Below are positions 51,418 to 64,000 of a stretch of 64,000 bases of DNA, piece after piece. A program made the translations under genes and the position numbers. A model generated the notes under the pieces. That model worked only from the letters and a program-made list of their open reading frames with translations. It did not search any database and was not told where the DNA came from. Source of the DNA: Octopus sinensis. Taxonomy: Eukaryota. The stretch is taken from assembly GCF_006345805.1 (NCBI RefSeq), contig NC_043006.1, positions 97,030,001-97,094,000 on the forward strand. The letters are read 5' to 3'. The first letter of the stretch is position 1. Each line of letters begins with the position of its first letter.

Positions 51418-51646
51418 CTCTGTTGCAAGCATTCACATCAAGTCTCGTTGCAAGCATTCACATCAAGTCTCGTTACAAGCATTGACATCAAGTCTCGTTA
51501 CAAGCATTCGCATCAAGTCTCGTTGCAAGCATTCGCATCAAGTCTCGTTGCAAGCATTCGCATCAAGTCTCGTTGCAAGCATTCGCATCAAGTCTCATTA
51601 CAAGCATTCACATCAAGTCTCGTTACAAGCATTCACATCAAGTCTC
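51418..51646. repeat. Homogeneous 25-bp minisatellite, about 9 units (CAAGTCTCGTTRCAAGCATTCRCAT)
   Basis: Head-to-tail units with no spacers. Confidence 0.95.
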
Positions 51647-52645
51647 CGATCTGAAAACAAATTCCAACCCTTCCTCCAGCCACTCTTGGAAGCCCATCTT
51701 CTTTTGATTATATTCATTAAAAGGGTTTAAAACGACAAACAAAAATGTCATCGATAAAATCGAACTGAAACTTTGCGTAAAAAATGTTATACCTTGTATT
51801 CATGTTAAAAATCAATAATAACGCGTTGAGCAATTCCGTATAAGATATATGGTTGTTTAATCCGACAGATCTTTTGTTTACGATGAGCATTGTCTCTTTT
51901 CTAGTCATAATCTACGTCGCTTATTTTATATTCATCCCTGTTTATTAAACTATATACAACATTCGTTCTTTAATTCGGTGATTTCATGGACCGGTTTCAC
52001 TTTCTCCTTTTCTGTTTCCTGTCTAAAATTCTTTTTATTTATTTATTTATTTTTTCTTTATTTTCATTTATCGTTTTGTTGTTTTTACACCTTGTATAAT
52101 CTTTGTTTATATTAGGACATAAGATTTTCAGTGAATCTCTTTATCTGTTTCTCAAATACTTTTATTCTCGAGATTTTCGCTTTTACTAGCGAAATAAGAT
52201 TCTCTTTGGTTTTTTTTTATTGTTACTTTATTCTTAACTTCATTCAATTTTGCATTTTTGCTATTTTCTCGTTTCTTTTGTGTAATCTTCCTGCAGTTCT
52301 TTTATATAATTTGTCTTTTCATTTCAAATTTCACATAATCATTATTTCGTCTATTTTTTCCTTTATTGCAAAATATTTTATATATATTTTTATTGTTTCC
52401 ATTTTATTTCCATTGCTGGTTATATATTTTATTTATTGACATCAGCTCCATCTTGTGTCATTATACAAGTGGCAGTGTTAATTATTCAGTTGTTTTATAT
52501 TCATTTTTATATTTATATCATGGAAACCAGGAACACCAGCTTAGACACAATACCTCGTTAACGTAACAACACACTTTTATGACAATGAATTATTAGAAAT
52601 TAAAATAATTCAAAGATGCCAACTACATGAAAATAAAAAGCAATA

Positions 52646-53495
52646 CTAAGTGGTATCAAAAAGTTACCGGACTCGTCCTGTAGTGCGCCAACAGATTGCA
52701 GCATACGGTTGCGTGCGCAGTGAAAGCTAGCAGCGAACTTCTTGAGACAGTGTACCCAATGAAATCACTGTATTTATTACGCAAGTTGGGAAATTTGAGC
52801 TTTTGTGATCACGTGTATGCTGTAGTCTGTGATTTTGTCGTTGACATGAACAAAGAGCCAATGTGAAATTTTGCATTAAACTTCAGAAGTCCTTTACAGA
52901 GAAAATGAACATGCTTCGGTAAACTTACGTCCACGAGGCAATGGGTCGCACGCAATGTTTCCAGAGGCACGGGCGCTTCAAAAGCGGAAGAACGTCCCTG
53001 CAAGACGATGAGCGATATAGAAGACCTGCCACACTCTAGAGCGATCTAGACGACCTGGTATTATGCATCGGGAATTTGTCCGTAAGGGCCAGAATGTCAA
53101 CCGAGAGTTCTACTGAGACATTTTGAAGCATTTGTGGGAGGACATTAGGCGAAAGCGACCGGATCTGTGGAATGCGAAGAATTGGATTCTTCACGACGAC
53201 AATGCACTTTGTTACCGAGTTTTCCTCACTCGTGAGTTTCTCGCCAAAACCAATATGATATCGCTTCTATATCCGCCCCATTAGCCAGATTTAGAAACTG
53301 CGGACTTCCATTCTCTTCCTCAAGATAAAAATGCAACACAAAGGTCGCTGTTTTAACGCCGTTGTCGAGATCCAGAGGGAATCGCAGAAAGTCCTCGACT
53401 CGCTTACGGAAAGCGACTTCCAGGCTGGATTCCAAAAGTGGCAGGAACGCTGACACCGGTGTAGTGCTGCGCAAGGTGACTATTTCGAAGTTGAA
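52646..53495 (+). mobile_element. Mariner relic, same family as 1427-2794, 3' TIR missing
   Basis: 5' end GTGGTATCAAAAAGTTACCGGACT; WILHDDNA and QKWQER..QGDYFE remnants. Confidence 0.88.
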
Positions 53496-53550
53496 GCCTG
53501 TCATACATGTATGTATGTAAGTATGCATGTATATATACATTTATGTGCAT

Positions 53551-54082
53551 GTCATTATTCAGTTTTATTTCAAGATTTCTTCCCAATAGAGAAAGAGTCG
53601 GTTTCTAACCTAGATTCAAGGTTCTTTCATTGGAATTTCAACACCAGCAACTGAGTATGTATGTATGTATGTATGTATGTATGTATGTATGTATGTATGT
53701 ACGTAATTATGTATGTAATTATGTATGCATGTATGTAGATAAGTAGGTATGAATATGTGCGTGCAGATTTGTATGTTTTGTTTTATGTATGTATTTTCAT
53801 AAATATTGTTGTATATCTAGACATGCTCATATATACTTAAATGATAAACTTCTAGAAAGTTTTACAGATTTTTACAGTTCCAGTGATGGATTGGATCTGT
53901 AGTCTTCGAATCAGCTTTCTTCTTTCTGGTTTTGAGAAGCCTAATTTCACATGACTGGCATTTGAGTAGTTTGCTACACATCCCAGTACCCCAATAATTA
54001 CAGGTATAAACCTGAACTTGTAATATGGATAGAGTAACTGTAGAATATCTCAATAGTTCAGAGTAGGTGTTTTCTTCTTTCG
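53551..54082 (-). mobile_element. 3' fragment of a second R4/Dong-like LINE with an internal (CATA)n tract in its 3' UTR
   Basis: LQLLYPYYKFRFIPVIIGVLG...KLGFSKPERRKLIRRLQIQSITGTVKICKTF on the minus strand. Confidence 0.78.
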
Positions 54083-54574
54083 TTGGTATGTATGTATGTG
54101 TGTGTGTGTATGTATGTGTGTGTATGAATGTATGTGTTAAATGTTTGCGTCTTTGTGCTCGTATTGTACCCCACTTTTTGGCAACTGATATTGGTTTTAT
54201 GTTGAAGTAACTTAGCGGTTCGGCTATAATGAAATGATGGAATAATTATCAAACTTAAATACATGCGCTTAATTTCTTCGGTTAAACGCTTCAAGATAAT
54301 GGCTCAGCATAGTCACCGTTCATCGAGTGAAGCAAATTGAAGAATAAAAGAATTGGCATTATTTTCTTTCTCACTTCATTTGTTTTACTTTTCTTGTTAG
54401 ATTCTTAATGCTTCATTTATTGAAAATGCTAGCACTAACCTACTACCTTGGTTCATTTCTATTCGTTACACCAAGCAAGAAAGCAAACTCCTGGCAATTA
54501 GAAAAGAAATAACCTGGGAATTATGAAAGCGATTGTTGAAGAATAAATACTACGTGAGTTTTAAAAAAATGTTA

Positions 54575-54970
54575 CCCAAAGAATTTCGACTTGCCTTGTG
54601 AAATGGTATATTCCATCCTAAAGAATTTCTATTTATCTTGTTAGATGGTACATTCCTCTCCAATGAACATCCACTTAACTTGTTGAATTGATGTATTTCA
54701 GCCCAAAGAATTTCCACATACCTTGTTAAAGATACATTCCATTCCAAACACTTTCCACTTACCTTGTTAAATGGTATATTTTAGTCTAAAGAATTTCCAC
54801 TTATCTTGTCACATGCTATATTCCAATCAATATTCCTTGATAAATAGTAAATTCCAAGCTAAATAGTTTCCTCTTCTGTTAAACAGAATATTCTATCTCA
54901 AAGGCTCTCCATGTATTTTTCTAAATGATATGCTCCTGACCAAAGATTTTTCACATGTCTTCTTAAATGA
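54575..54970. repeat. Degenerate ~42-bp minisatellite (approximate consensus CCAAAGAATTTCCACTTACCTTGTTAAATGGTATATTCCAT)
   Basis: About 9-10 diverged units. Confidence 0.8.
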
Positions 54971-55300
54971 TTCATTTAATTTCTCAGTTTGATATTTATG
55001 AACTGAAACCGGATCTAGAATAAGCAACACAATGCTACACAAGTTTGAAAACTAAGGGGAAACACGAAATGCAAAGCCGTCACCCCCGGGCACATGCTAT
55101 TAGAAAGTGACGGAACGTGAGTAAATGCAACGAGGCATTCAGCATTTAGCGTAATAATCGTTGTTGTCGGTGTTTTGTTTATTTTTTTAGGCACAAGGAC
55201 AGTATTTCTCAGTGTTAAGATTTAATTGATCGAATCAATCCCGTTACTTGATTCGTACTTTATTTTATTGGCCCTGAAAAAGCAAAATGCACAGTTGACT

Positions 55301-56086
55301 TTCAGTCCGGACCTCCAAATGGATAAGAACTGGGACGAGATCACGAGTAGAGTGGTCGTTCTCAGCCAAACATGGGCCGAGAGAAAGCTGTCTCTAAAAT
55401 GTCGGGCGGAGGTGGCGAACGCGTACATCGCATCCGTCATCGATTACCGCCTGACCGTCGTGCCTTGTCCCGATGCCACCATCACCAAACTGGAACACAT
55501 ACTCTTCCCCTTCCTGTGGAAGGGTGGCGTTCCAATGGTGAGGAGGTCCATTTGCTGTCAATATTCGTTGAATGGAGGACTAGGCATGCCGTGGTTGATG
55601 ATGCGCAGGCATGCGCTGAGACTGCGACATCTCCGGAACTTCATCGATGACGGTGAACAGGTGTGGGCGCCGTTTGTGAGGCGCGCCTTCCCGCAGCTCG
55701 TCTCACTGATCGAACTGCAAACGTTGATCAGGAAGAGACCGAAACTGGGCGATTGGCACCGAGAGTGTCACCAAGCTCTACAGCAGTTCTGCCGACCGGG
55801 GTCAAACTTGTGCAACTTACAAACGACTAAAGCGTTCTATAGAGGACTAGTGGAGGGGAGGTCCGACGACACACTCGGGGCAAACCTGGGCGTCGACGAG
55901 AAATTCCTAACCCGCCTGTTCAGGACGACGTTCGGGCCGGGGCCTATGGACAACTTCCAGAAATCCCTGGCTTGGCAATGCTATCGAGACGCACTACCTG
56001 TTCGAGAGAAGAGCTACAGGTACGGTTCGAAAACCATCACCGGACCGACCTGCCCGAGATGCGGTCAGAGCGACGAAACTGTCTGA
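55301..56086 (+). pseudogene. Tx1/L1-clade LINE ORF2 fragment (post-RT region to the zinc-binding motif), uninterrupted frame
   Basis: W..RKLSLKCRAEVAN, FLWKG, GGLGMP, W.CYRDALPVRE, CPRCGQSDETV. Confidence 0.9.
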
Positions 56087-56275
56087 AGAAATCCGCCCGA
56101 CCCGTTAAGGGCGGTGCATAAACTGCCATCAGACGGAATGCACACCCATTTCTGCCATCCACGTCCAAGACAACCAGCCTACCCCCCGGGTCTAGGAATA
56201 TTGTTCTTACTTTTACATTTAGACTCTTTCGGAAAAGCACCGCGGTACCTCCACCACCCATGTTCGGGGTGATAG
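56087..56275 (-). pseudogene. Inverted APE-endonuclease fragment of an L1/Tx1-type ORF2
   Basis: [10 protein letters not shown]...[11 protein letters not shown]...FRLMAVYAP...RADFFR. Confidence 0.88.
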
Positions 56276-56404
56276 AAAGATAGATAGATAGATAGATACA
56301 TACATACATACATACATACATACATACATACATAGACAGATAGACACATAGATAGATAGATAGATAGATACATACATACATACATACATACATAGACACA
56401 TAGA

Positions 56405-56448
<44 letters not shown>

Positions 56449-56461
56449 TAGATTGATAGAC

Positions 56462-56567
<106 letters not shown>

Positions 56568-56575
56568 ATAGATAA

Positions 56576-56761
<186 letters not shown>

Positions 56762-57420
56762 TTATTTTAAGGAAGGATAACACAAACTGACCAGTTGTTG
56801 GAGATCCTGGTTGGCTTAGCAAGAAAAAACAGTTCGAGCATTTTTTATAGAAGGCTTCTTAAAACAAAGTTAACCTACAGATTGTTTCGCAGTATGGCCT
56901 CTGGCTGAAACAAGCAAATTAAAAAGAAATGAACTATATAAAACAAAATGACGAGCCAACTGATGAGACATCTTGCCGACACAAAACAACGATAAGTTAC
57001 AGGGCAGTTGGTTTCTCCAATAACGGCAACTACTAGCAGAGATACCCGGACTTGTTCGGGATTTAAATGGCATAGTTTGTATTTATAGTACGGTTAAGAT
57101 GAAACATGTGATACCGGGGAAGTGCAGCATTGACGACAAAACATCTGTGGAGTAAACGATGGGATAATTCGACTAAGCGACATGTCATGCGTCCATTTGG
57201 AGGATTCCGGTCCCTAACCTGTCATGGAAAAGTGGGGGAGAGGTATATGTCAGTGGATATACTATCATTTGCGGCCGTCGGCGCTGCCGCTACCACACTG
57301 AAAAATCAGCCGACGTAGGATTTACGTCTATGTGATAAATTAAGCCCGTGAACGCACTCAACAGCACCACGTGGGAGAAATCTAATGAAAGAAATGGCGT
57401 GGTAGAGGGGTGGGATTGAT

Positions 57421-57652
57421 AAGGTGGCGAGCTGACAGAAACGTTAGCACGCCGGGCGAAATGCTTAGCGGTATTTCGTCTGCCGTTACGTTATGAGTTC
57501 AAATTCCGCCGAGGTCGACTTTGCCTTTCATCCTTTCGGCGTCGATAAATTAAGTACCAGTTACGCACTTGGGTCGATGTAATCGGCTTAATCCCTTTGT
57601 CTGTCCTTGTTTGTTCACTCTATGTTTAGCCCCTTGTGGGCAATAAAGAAAT
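57421..57652 (+). mobile_element. SINE family D monomer with tail A
   Basis: Close match to 14058-14292. Confidence 0.9.
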
Positions 57653-58705
57653 AAAGGCAGCACTTGAAATCAATGATACGGTCTCTAGCAAACGTGGTAG
57701 GGTCACGTAACGTTGGGTTGCTGACGTGGTTAGGAATCAATAGTCGTGACTCAACCGTGCTCTCCTTCACGTAAACAACATGTGACCATTGTGAGGTCAA
57801 CTCTGTTCGCAAACGAAAACAATTATGGATGCAGCATCTGGGCACGCAAGGTCACATTAAGGACACGGTCTCTAACTAACGTGGTTGGGTCTTAGACGCC
57901 ATAAATTAGTCGGTTAAAATACATGCGATATTTCGGTTTGTAATCAATAACTGAAGAATATTTGTGTGAGAATCGTCTATGCATAGAAGGAAGACTTTGA
58001 TACTGAACCTAAAAGAAAATAGTTGAATAGATGCTCAAAATTTAACATATTTTAGCATATTTTTCATAATAAATATAGTGCGTTCCAAGCGGTTTTTATT
58101 CCAACAAATTACTAATTATGGTACTACGGGAACAAGCTATCATTGCTACCACTTAGACAACACAGTTTGAAGTTTACATCAGTTTATCCATTTAATACAA
58201 CCTACCTATATAATTTCAGTAGCTGTTTTTTCCAGTTTGCACAAGCAATTGTGGGTCATGTGAGCAGTTGTACGTACCCCACGAAAAGGGGTTTTCTGCA
58301 CCCAGGGACCCCATTACTCATCATGTGAAACATTTTAATAGTCTAAAACCATCTGTGGAACATAAGTGATGTATTTTCCCAGTTTGGAGAAAGTCAATAT
58401 CGGTGGAATTTTAGTTCAGAACGTGAAACTGGAAGAAATGTCGCAAAGCATTTTGTGCGTTGTGCTAACGATTCTTTCGGTTTACTGACATTAGTTCAAA
58501 TTTTGGAGAAAGACAGCAATTTTGAGTTTAGGAGAATAATCGATGACAACGACCTTAGTATGCATTTGATGTATTTCATGATGATGATGATGGTTATGAC
58601 GATGGTGATGGTGATATTGACATTGGTGAGGAGGAAAAAACATTCCGATGCCAGAGTGGGCACTTGCAACATTTTTATAAAAACAGACATTAAAATTATA
58701 AAAAC

Positions 58706-58755
<50 letters not shown>

Positions 58756-58913
58756 ACCCTGAATATAAACAAACAACAAGAAAACAAAATGAATTAGTAT
58801 ACATGAAATGGAGGGGGTGAAACGAAAGAGGAAAGCGGGAGGTTGTATAATTACTGATTCTCTGAATAACACAGATTACTGACTACAAGAATAGCAATAT
58901 TTATATGTATATA

Positions 58914-58949
<36 letters not shown>

Positions 58950-59159
58950 TATATAGTGTGTATGTGTATGTGTTTGGGTGTGCGTGTGTGTATACATACA
59001 CACACACACATATTCATATGTGCGTATGTGTGGGTGTCTATGTATGTATCTCATATAAAACAACAATAACTATAAATGAAATTGTCAGTCATCACCAATA
59101 CCATGTTCAAATATCGGCAGCGGTAGCAGAAGAGGCATGAATGCGACCATCCCCACCGC

Positions 59160-59420
<261 letters not shown>

Positions 59421-59513
59421 CAGCACCACTGCTTAGTATAGCAATAATTAAAGTCAAAACAACTTAAAGACTAACGTGTGCATGTGTGTGCGTGCATGCA
59501 TATATATATATAT

Positions 59514-59544
<31 letters not shown>

Positions 59545-59897
59545 TAGAGTGTTTGTGAGTGTGCTGCCATAACCGTCATCACAATCATTATCATCAAGAA
59601 CACCATGATCACCATAAACCACCAGCATCATAAACCATCATCATCGTCATCATCATCATCATCATTACCAACATCAATAGCAACACTAGCAACAGTACGG
59701 TCGTGAATACTAATAATTAAAAGACGAAACAATTGTTTTGTAAATGTAGAGTGGCCCCTGCTAACGACCTCGGGTCTAGCTTGGAGACCCCTGTTCGCTA
59801 GAGACGCCTTAATTCTTTCGAACATGACGGACTGGTCGACATTTTGCTTTTTATTTGTTTCTCTATCTTCCTTGGCCCTAGTTGCTTGTGTGTGTGT

Positions 59898-59950
<53 letters not shown>

Positions 59951-59962
59951 TCTGTGTGTCTT

Positions 59963-60000
<38 letters not shown>

Positions 60001-60272
60001 TGTGTGTGTGTGCGCGCGTGCTTGTGTTTCTGTGTATACACGTATGTATATGTGTTTGAATGTATGTAATATATATATACATAGATAGATAGACAGATAG
60101 ATAAATATAAATATCTATGTGTGTATTTACATATACACACACACATATATATATGCATATCCATATATATATATACATATATATATATGCATATATATAT
60201 ATGTATATAAACATATGTATATACATATATATGTAAATATAGACATACATGCATATATATATATACATATTG

Positions 60273-60307
<35 letters not shown>

Positions 60308-60865
60308 AAGTTTGTGTGTGTGTGCGTGTGTATATGTGTGTGTGTTTGTGGGGGCGTATGAGCGCGCGTGCGTGTTTGCATTGATTGGTATTGTATTCTT
60401 ATAGTTTTCGAATTGCTATATATATATATATATTCCTTTTATTTTATTGTCTTTCGAATATTGGTTTGTGTGATTCTTTTGTCTGCGTGGAAGCGAATCG
60501 TTTGGCATTTCTCTAATAGATTCATTAGAGGGGATCAGTCAAATATGAAATTCTTCAATAATATTACATCGTTTTTCCACTCAAATATTCGCCTAAGCTT
60601 TTGTGGTCAGAATAGAAAATTAGATTTTATTACATAAATTCATGCATACTTATATACGTACACACATGCATACACATACTTATATACATATATTCACACC
60701 TACATACATAAATACATACAAGCATGCATGTACACACACCTATATATATATATATGTATGTTTGAATGCGCATCTATACATATATATTCATGTTGATATA
60801 TACATATAGATAGACATATCTATCCATCTATCTATCTATCTATACATATATATGTGTTCGTTTAC

Positions 60866-60904
<39 letters not shown>

Positions 60905-60905
<1 letters not shown>

Positions 60906-62036
60906 TATGTAAAGAGTAAAAATAAATACAGACATGGACAAGGACATGAAACACCAAAGAGACGACACAAGAACCACAGGACGGGACATTCGAAGCCCTC
61001 AGTCATCAGTCAAGAACCAGATCATCTTCGCAATTTCGGCTGATTAATCTTGAGATTGCTCCGATCTGGGCAGCCCCCAAAGGAAAATCTAAGCCAAGCG
61101 CATTAGATCCCTTGGAAGAAAGCTTCGAATGTATACAACACGAGGACGGAAAACGAACGAAGTACACGAACAAAAATACAGAATACGTGACAACAATAAG
61201 GAAAGCACGAATAAGAATACAAAAACGTAAAAACAATAACAGTAAGGATAAAAAACAAAACAAAACCAGGACGTAGGACAAGGGTCTTTCGACAGGACGA
61301 GTTGAGTTGGGGCTGGCTTATGAAGTAGTGCCTAAAGGCCGCAGGGAGACGAACAAATACGTGTTGCTTCGACGACTGCTGGAACGAAAAGGGCGCCCAG
61401 CAGTGGCTAGCGGTCACGTGAGAACAAAAGACAGGAGAAAGGGACAGATGAAGAGAGAGAGAAGGTGGACGAGGGAGGAGAAGAAAGAGACAGATCGAGG
61501 GGAGTGGAGGTAAGAGAGATAGAGAAACGTAGAAGGGGGGAACGGATGGAGCGGGAAAGAAAGAAAGAAAGGGAATAAGGGAGGAGAGAGAGAGAGAGAA
61601 AGAGACAGATCAAGAGTCGTATCAATGCTAGAGAAAAAATATACTTATCGTATAAGGACAATTGTGGATACGTAGCCGCCGATTATATATGTAAACAGTA
61701 AAAATAATTACAGACATGGACAAGAACATGAAACACCAAAGAGACGACACAAGAACCACAGGACGGGACATTCGAAGCCGTCAGTCATCAGTCAAGAACC
61801 AGATCATCTTCGCAATTTCGGCTGATTAATCTTGAGATTGCTCCGATCTGGGCAGCCCCCAAAGGAAAATCTAAGCCAAGCGCATTAGATCCCTTGGAAG
61901 AAAGCTTCGAATGTATACAACACGAGGACGGAAAACGAACGAAGTACACGAACAAAAATACAGAATACGTGACAACAATAAGGAAAGCACGAATAAGAAT
62001 ACAAAAACGTAAAAACAATAACAGTAAGGATAAAAA
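60905..62036. mobile_element. Element with two ~350-bp near-identical direct repeats (60905-61254, 61687-62036) around a ~430-bp non-coding core
   Basis: The repeats differ at about 4 positions by eye; embedded in (TA)-rich DNA. Confidence 0.75.
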
Positions 62037-63046
62037 TGCATATATATGTGCATATATATACATATATACATACACACAGATACATATACTTATATGTATA
62101 TCTATTTACATATCTATACATAGGAATATATACGTATGTCTATATACTTTACATACTATATACACACCTGCATATACCTAGCCACACACACATACGCATA
62201 TACTTAGTAGCACACACATACGCATAGACACAAACACACATACGCACACATTTGAAATAAAGAATTGAATTTCATTACATTGCGAACTGAAAGCGAGAAC
62301 TGTCATTCTACTTCTGCTGATTTTATAAACTGTCGAGTCTTCGATTACCTTTTTCATTGCACATTTCTTAATATTTCATTAATTTTTTTCCTAAATAATT
62401 TTTGCTGGTTGGCTCCCTATAATATATTATTTTGTTTTAATTGAGTGTTTGTTGTGGTTATCCTCTTAATGTTTGACATTTTGTTGTTTGTACTTTGTTA
62501 TTCTTGATCAAACCTACGAATGCTACACTTAGACAACAAACAGAACGTTCAAAGCCAGATGTACACAACACTTATACACATTCTGCAAATCTTTAAATAG
62601 AAAACGAAAGTCTCTTTCGAAAGGTATTTCCTACTGAAAGGGCAATAACATATACGAAATTGAATCTTTCACATTACTGATTGCGATTGTGGCCTTTATA
62701 CACTGCAAGGAAATCCAGCATAATTAGACAACAACGAACATATTTGCTAAAGAATACAATACGAGATAATATCATGTAGTCTTCAGAATAAATTTATTTA
62801 AAAACGAATAAACACTTGATGGAAAATAAAGGGAAAATATCTATGGAACAACGTCGATGCAAATATGCAAATCACCGCGCAGAAATACCAAAATACAAAC
62901 CGTCTAGAGGATATCAAAGTATTAATTAGCTATCGCAATAAATGTTGATTATTCAGAACTATGTGTACATATTCTTAAGCGTTAAGAAAGAAAAAAACAT
63001 TCATATGCATGCATATACACATGTATAAACCCTGAAAAATAAGCAC

Positions 63047-63133
63047 ATACGCGTGTGTATATATGCGTGTGTATATACGCGTGTGTATATACGCGTGTGT
63101 ATATACGCGTGTGTATATATGCGTGTGTATATA
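63047..63133. repeat. 14-bp-unit minisatellite (ACGCGTGTGTATAT)
   Basis: About 6 units. Confidence 0.85.
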
Positions 63134-63669
63134 GACAGGCACATAAGCGCGTGTGTACATATGCATGTACTCGTACACACATATATGTGCATGTAGGAGT
63201 CAGTGTATGTTTGTCTCTATGCCTGTGGTGTATATCAATGAGGGGGCACATGTATGCATATAGGCATATACAAATACAAAAACGAATACGAAAACAAGAA
63301 AGATTCTGGGCCCTACATTTCGTTACGCCCCCAAAATCAAATTAATATTATGTTTTCTGGCGTAATCTACGCCTATTATATGTATGCATGCTCACATACG
63401 CACACACAAATTCATGTGTGTGACTGTAAAAATGAATGGGTGTATGTATAAACCACCAAACATGATAAATGCCCCAAACCATGGCATCTATGTAGATGTA
63501 CATACGACTTTGTACTGGTTTATGTATGGGGAGTATACACACCCACACAACATTTGATATGTTGTGGTAGTTGCATCGTGGGGATGTCTGTGTGTGTGTG
63601 CTTGTGTGTGTGGATGTGTGTGTGTGTGTGTGTGTGTGCTTGTGTGTGTGGATGTGTGTGTGTGTGTGT

Positions 63670-63719
63670 AATCAAAATAAGCAACAAGGATATCCAGATC
63701 CTTGTTGCTTATTTTGATT
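63670..63719. repeat. Perfect 22-bp inverted repeat with a 6-nt loop
   Basis: AATCAAAATAAGCAACAAGGAT-ATCCAG-ATCCTTGTTGCTTATTTTGATT. Confidence 0.95.
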
Positions 63720-63798
63720 TTAATCACCATTTTGAAATTTATAGGATAATATCATACTAAATTCTGGTGCCTCAAACTTAAGTACCAAATTCATCTGA

Positions 63799-63830
<32 letters not shown>

Positions 63831-63837
63831 GTCTGTC

Positions 63838-63900
<63 letters not shown>

Positions 63901-63967
63901 TATATATATATTATATATATATATATAATATATATATACATATATTATACATATATATATATTATAT

Positions 63968-63999
<32 letters not shown>

Positions 64000-64000
64000 A

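Noticed and set aside
51418-51646. CRISPR-like 25-bp repeats
   Set aside because: Contiguous units without spacers, no cas genes, eukaryotic context
55226-55300. N-terminus of the 286-aa ORF as a real start
   Set aside because: It is read-through from a decayed antisense SINE D remnant; LINE similarity begins near 55301
60985-61045. Minus-strand CTGATGA in the 350-bp direct repeats as a hammerhead
   Set aside because: Followed by GAAT rather than GAAA, with no stem II or stem I pairing

Overview
AT-rich, microsatellite-saturated animal DNA, almost certainly an octopus (coleoid cephalopod) intron or intergenic region. The assignment rests on SINE families matching my recollection of the octopus OK/OR1/OR2 SINEs. 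No complete host gene is visible, and nearly all ORFs in the supplied track are translations of simple repeats. The window holds more than 25 tRNA-derived SINE copies from four families that share modules, mariner relics, three non-autonomous Helitrons, a young rearranged Tx1/L1-clade fragment, R4/Dong-like LINE 3' ends and several Penelope-like remnants with hammerhead-ribozyme motifs. It also holds minisatellites and one 100-N gap. One candidate host coding exon lies on the minus strand (30865-30982). The most interesting observations are: (1) a fold-back cassette carrying a hammerhead ribozyme, plus four other hammerhead-like motifs; (2) a TSD-flanked five-unit SINE multimer whose junction recurs at a second locus; (3) a 1.6-kb RT-less retroelement inserted into a SINE's tRNA head, starting with ETS and Staf-like motifs; (4) R4/Dong-like copies that all sit in (CATA)n; (5) a mariner possibly split by a 9-kb inversion. 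All family names and similarities were judged by eye; no database search was run.
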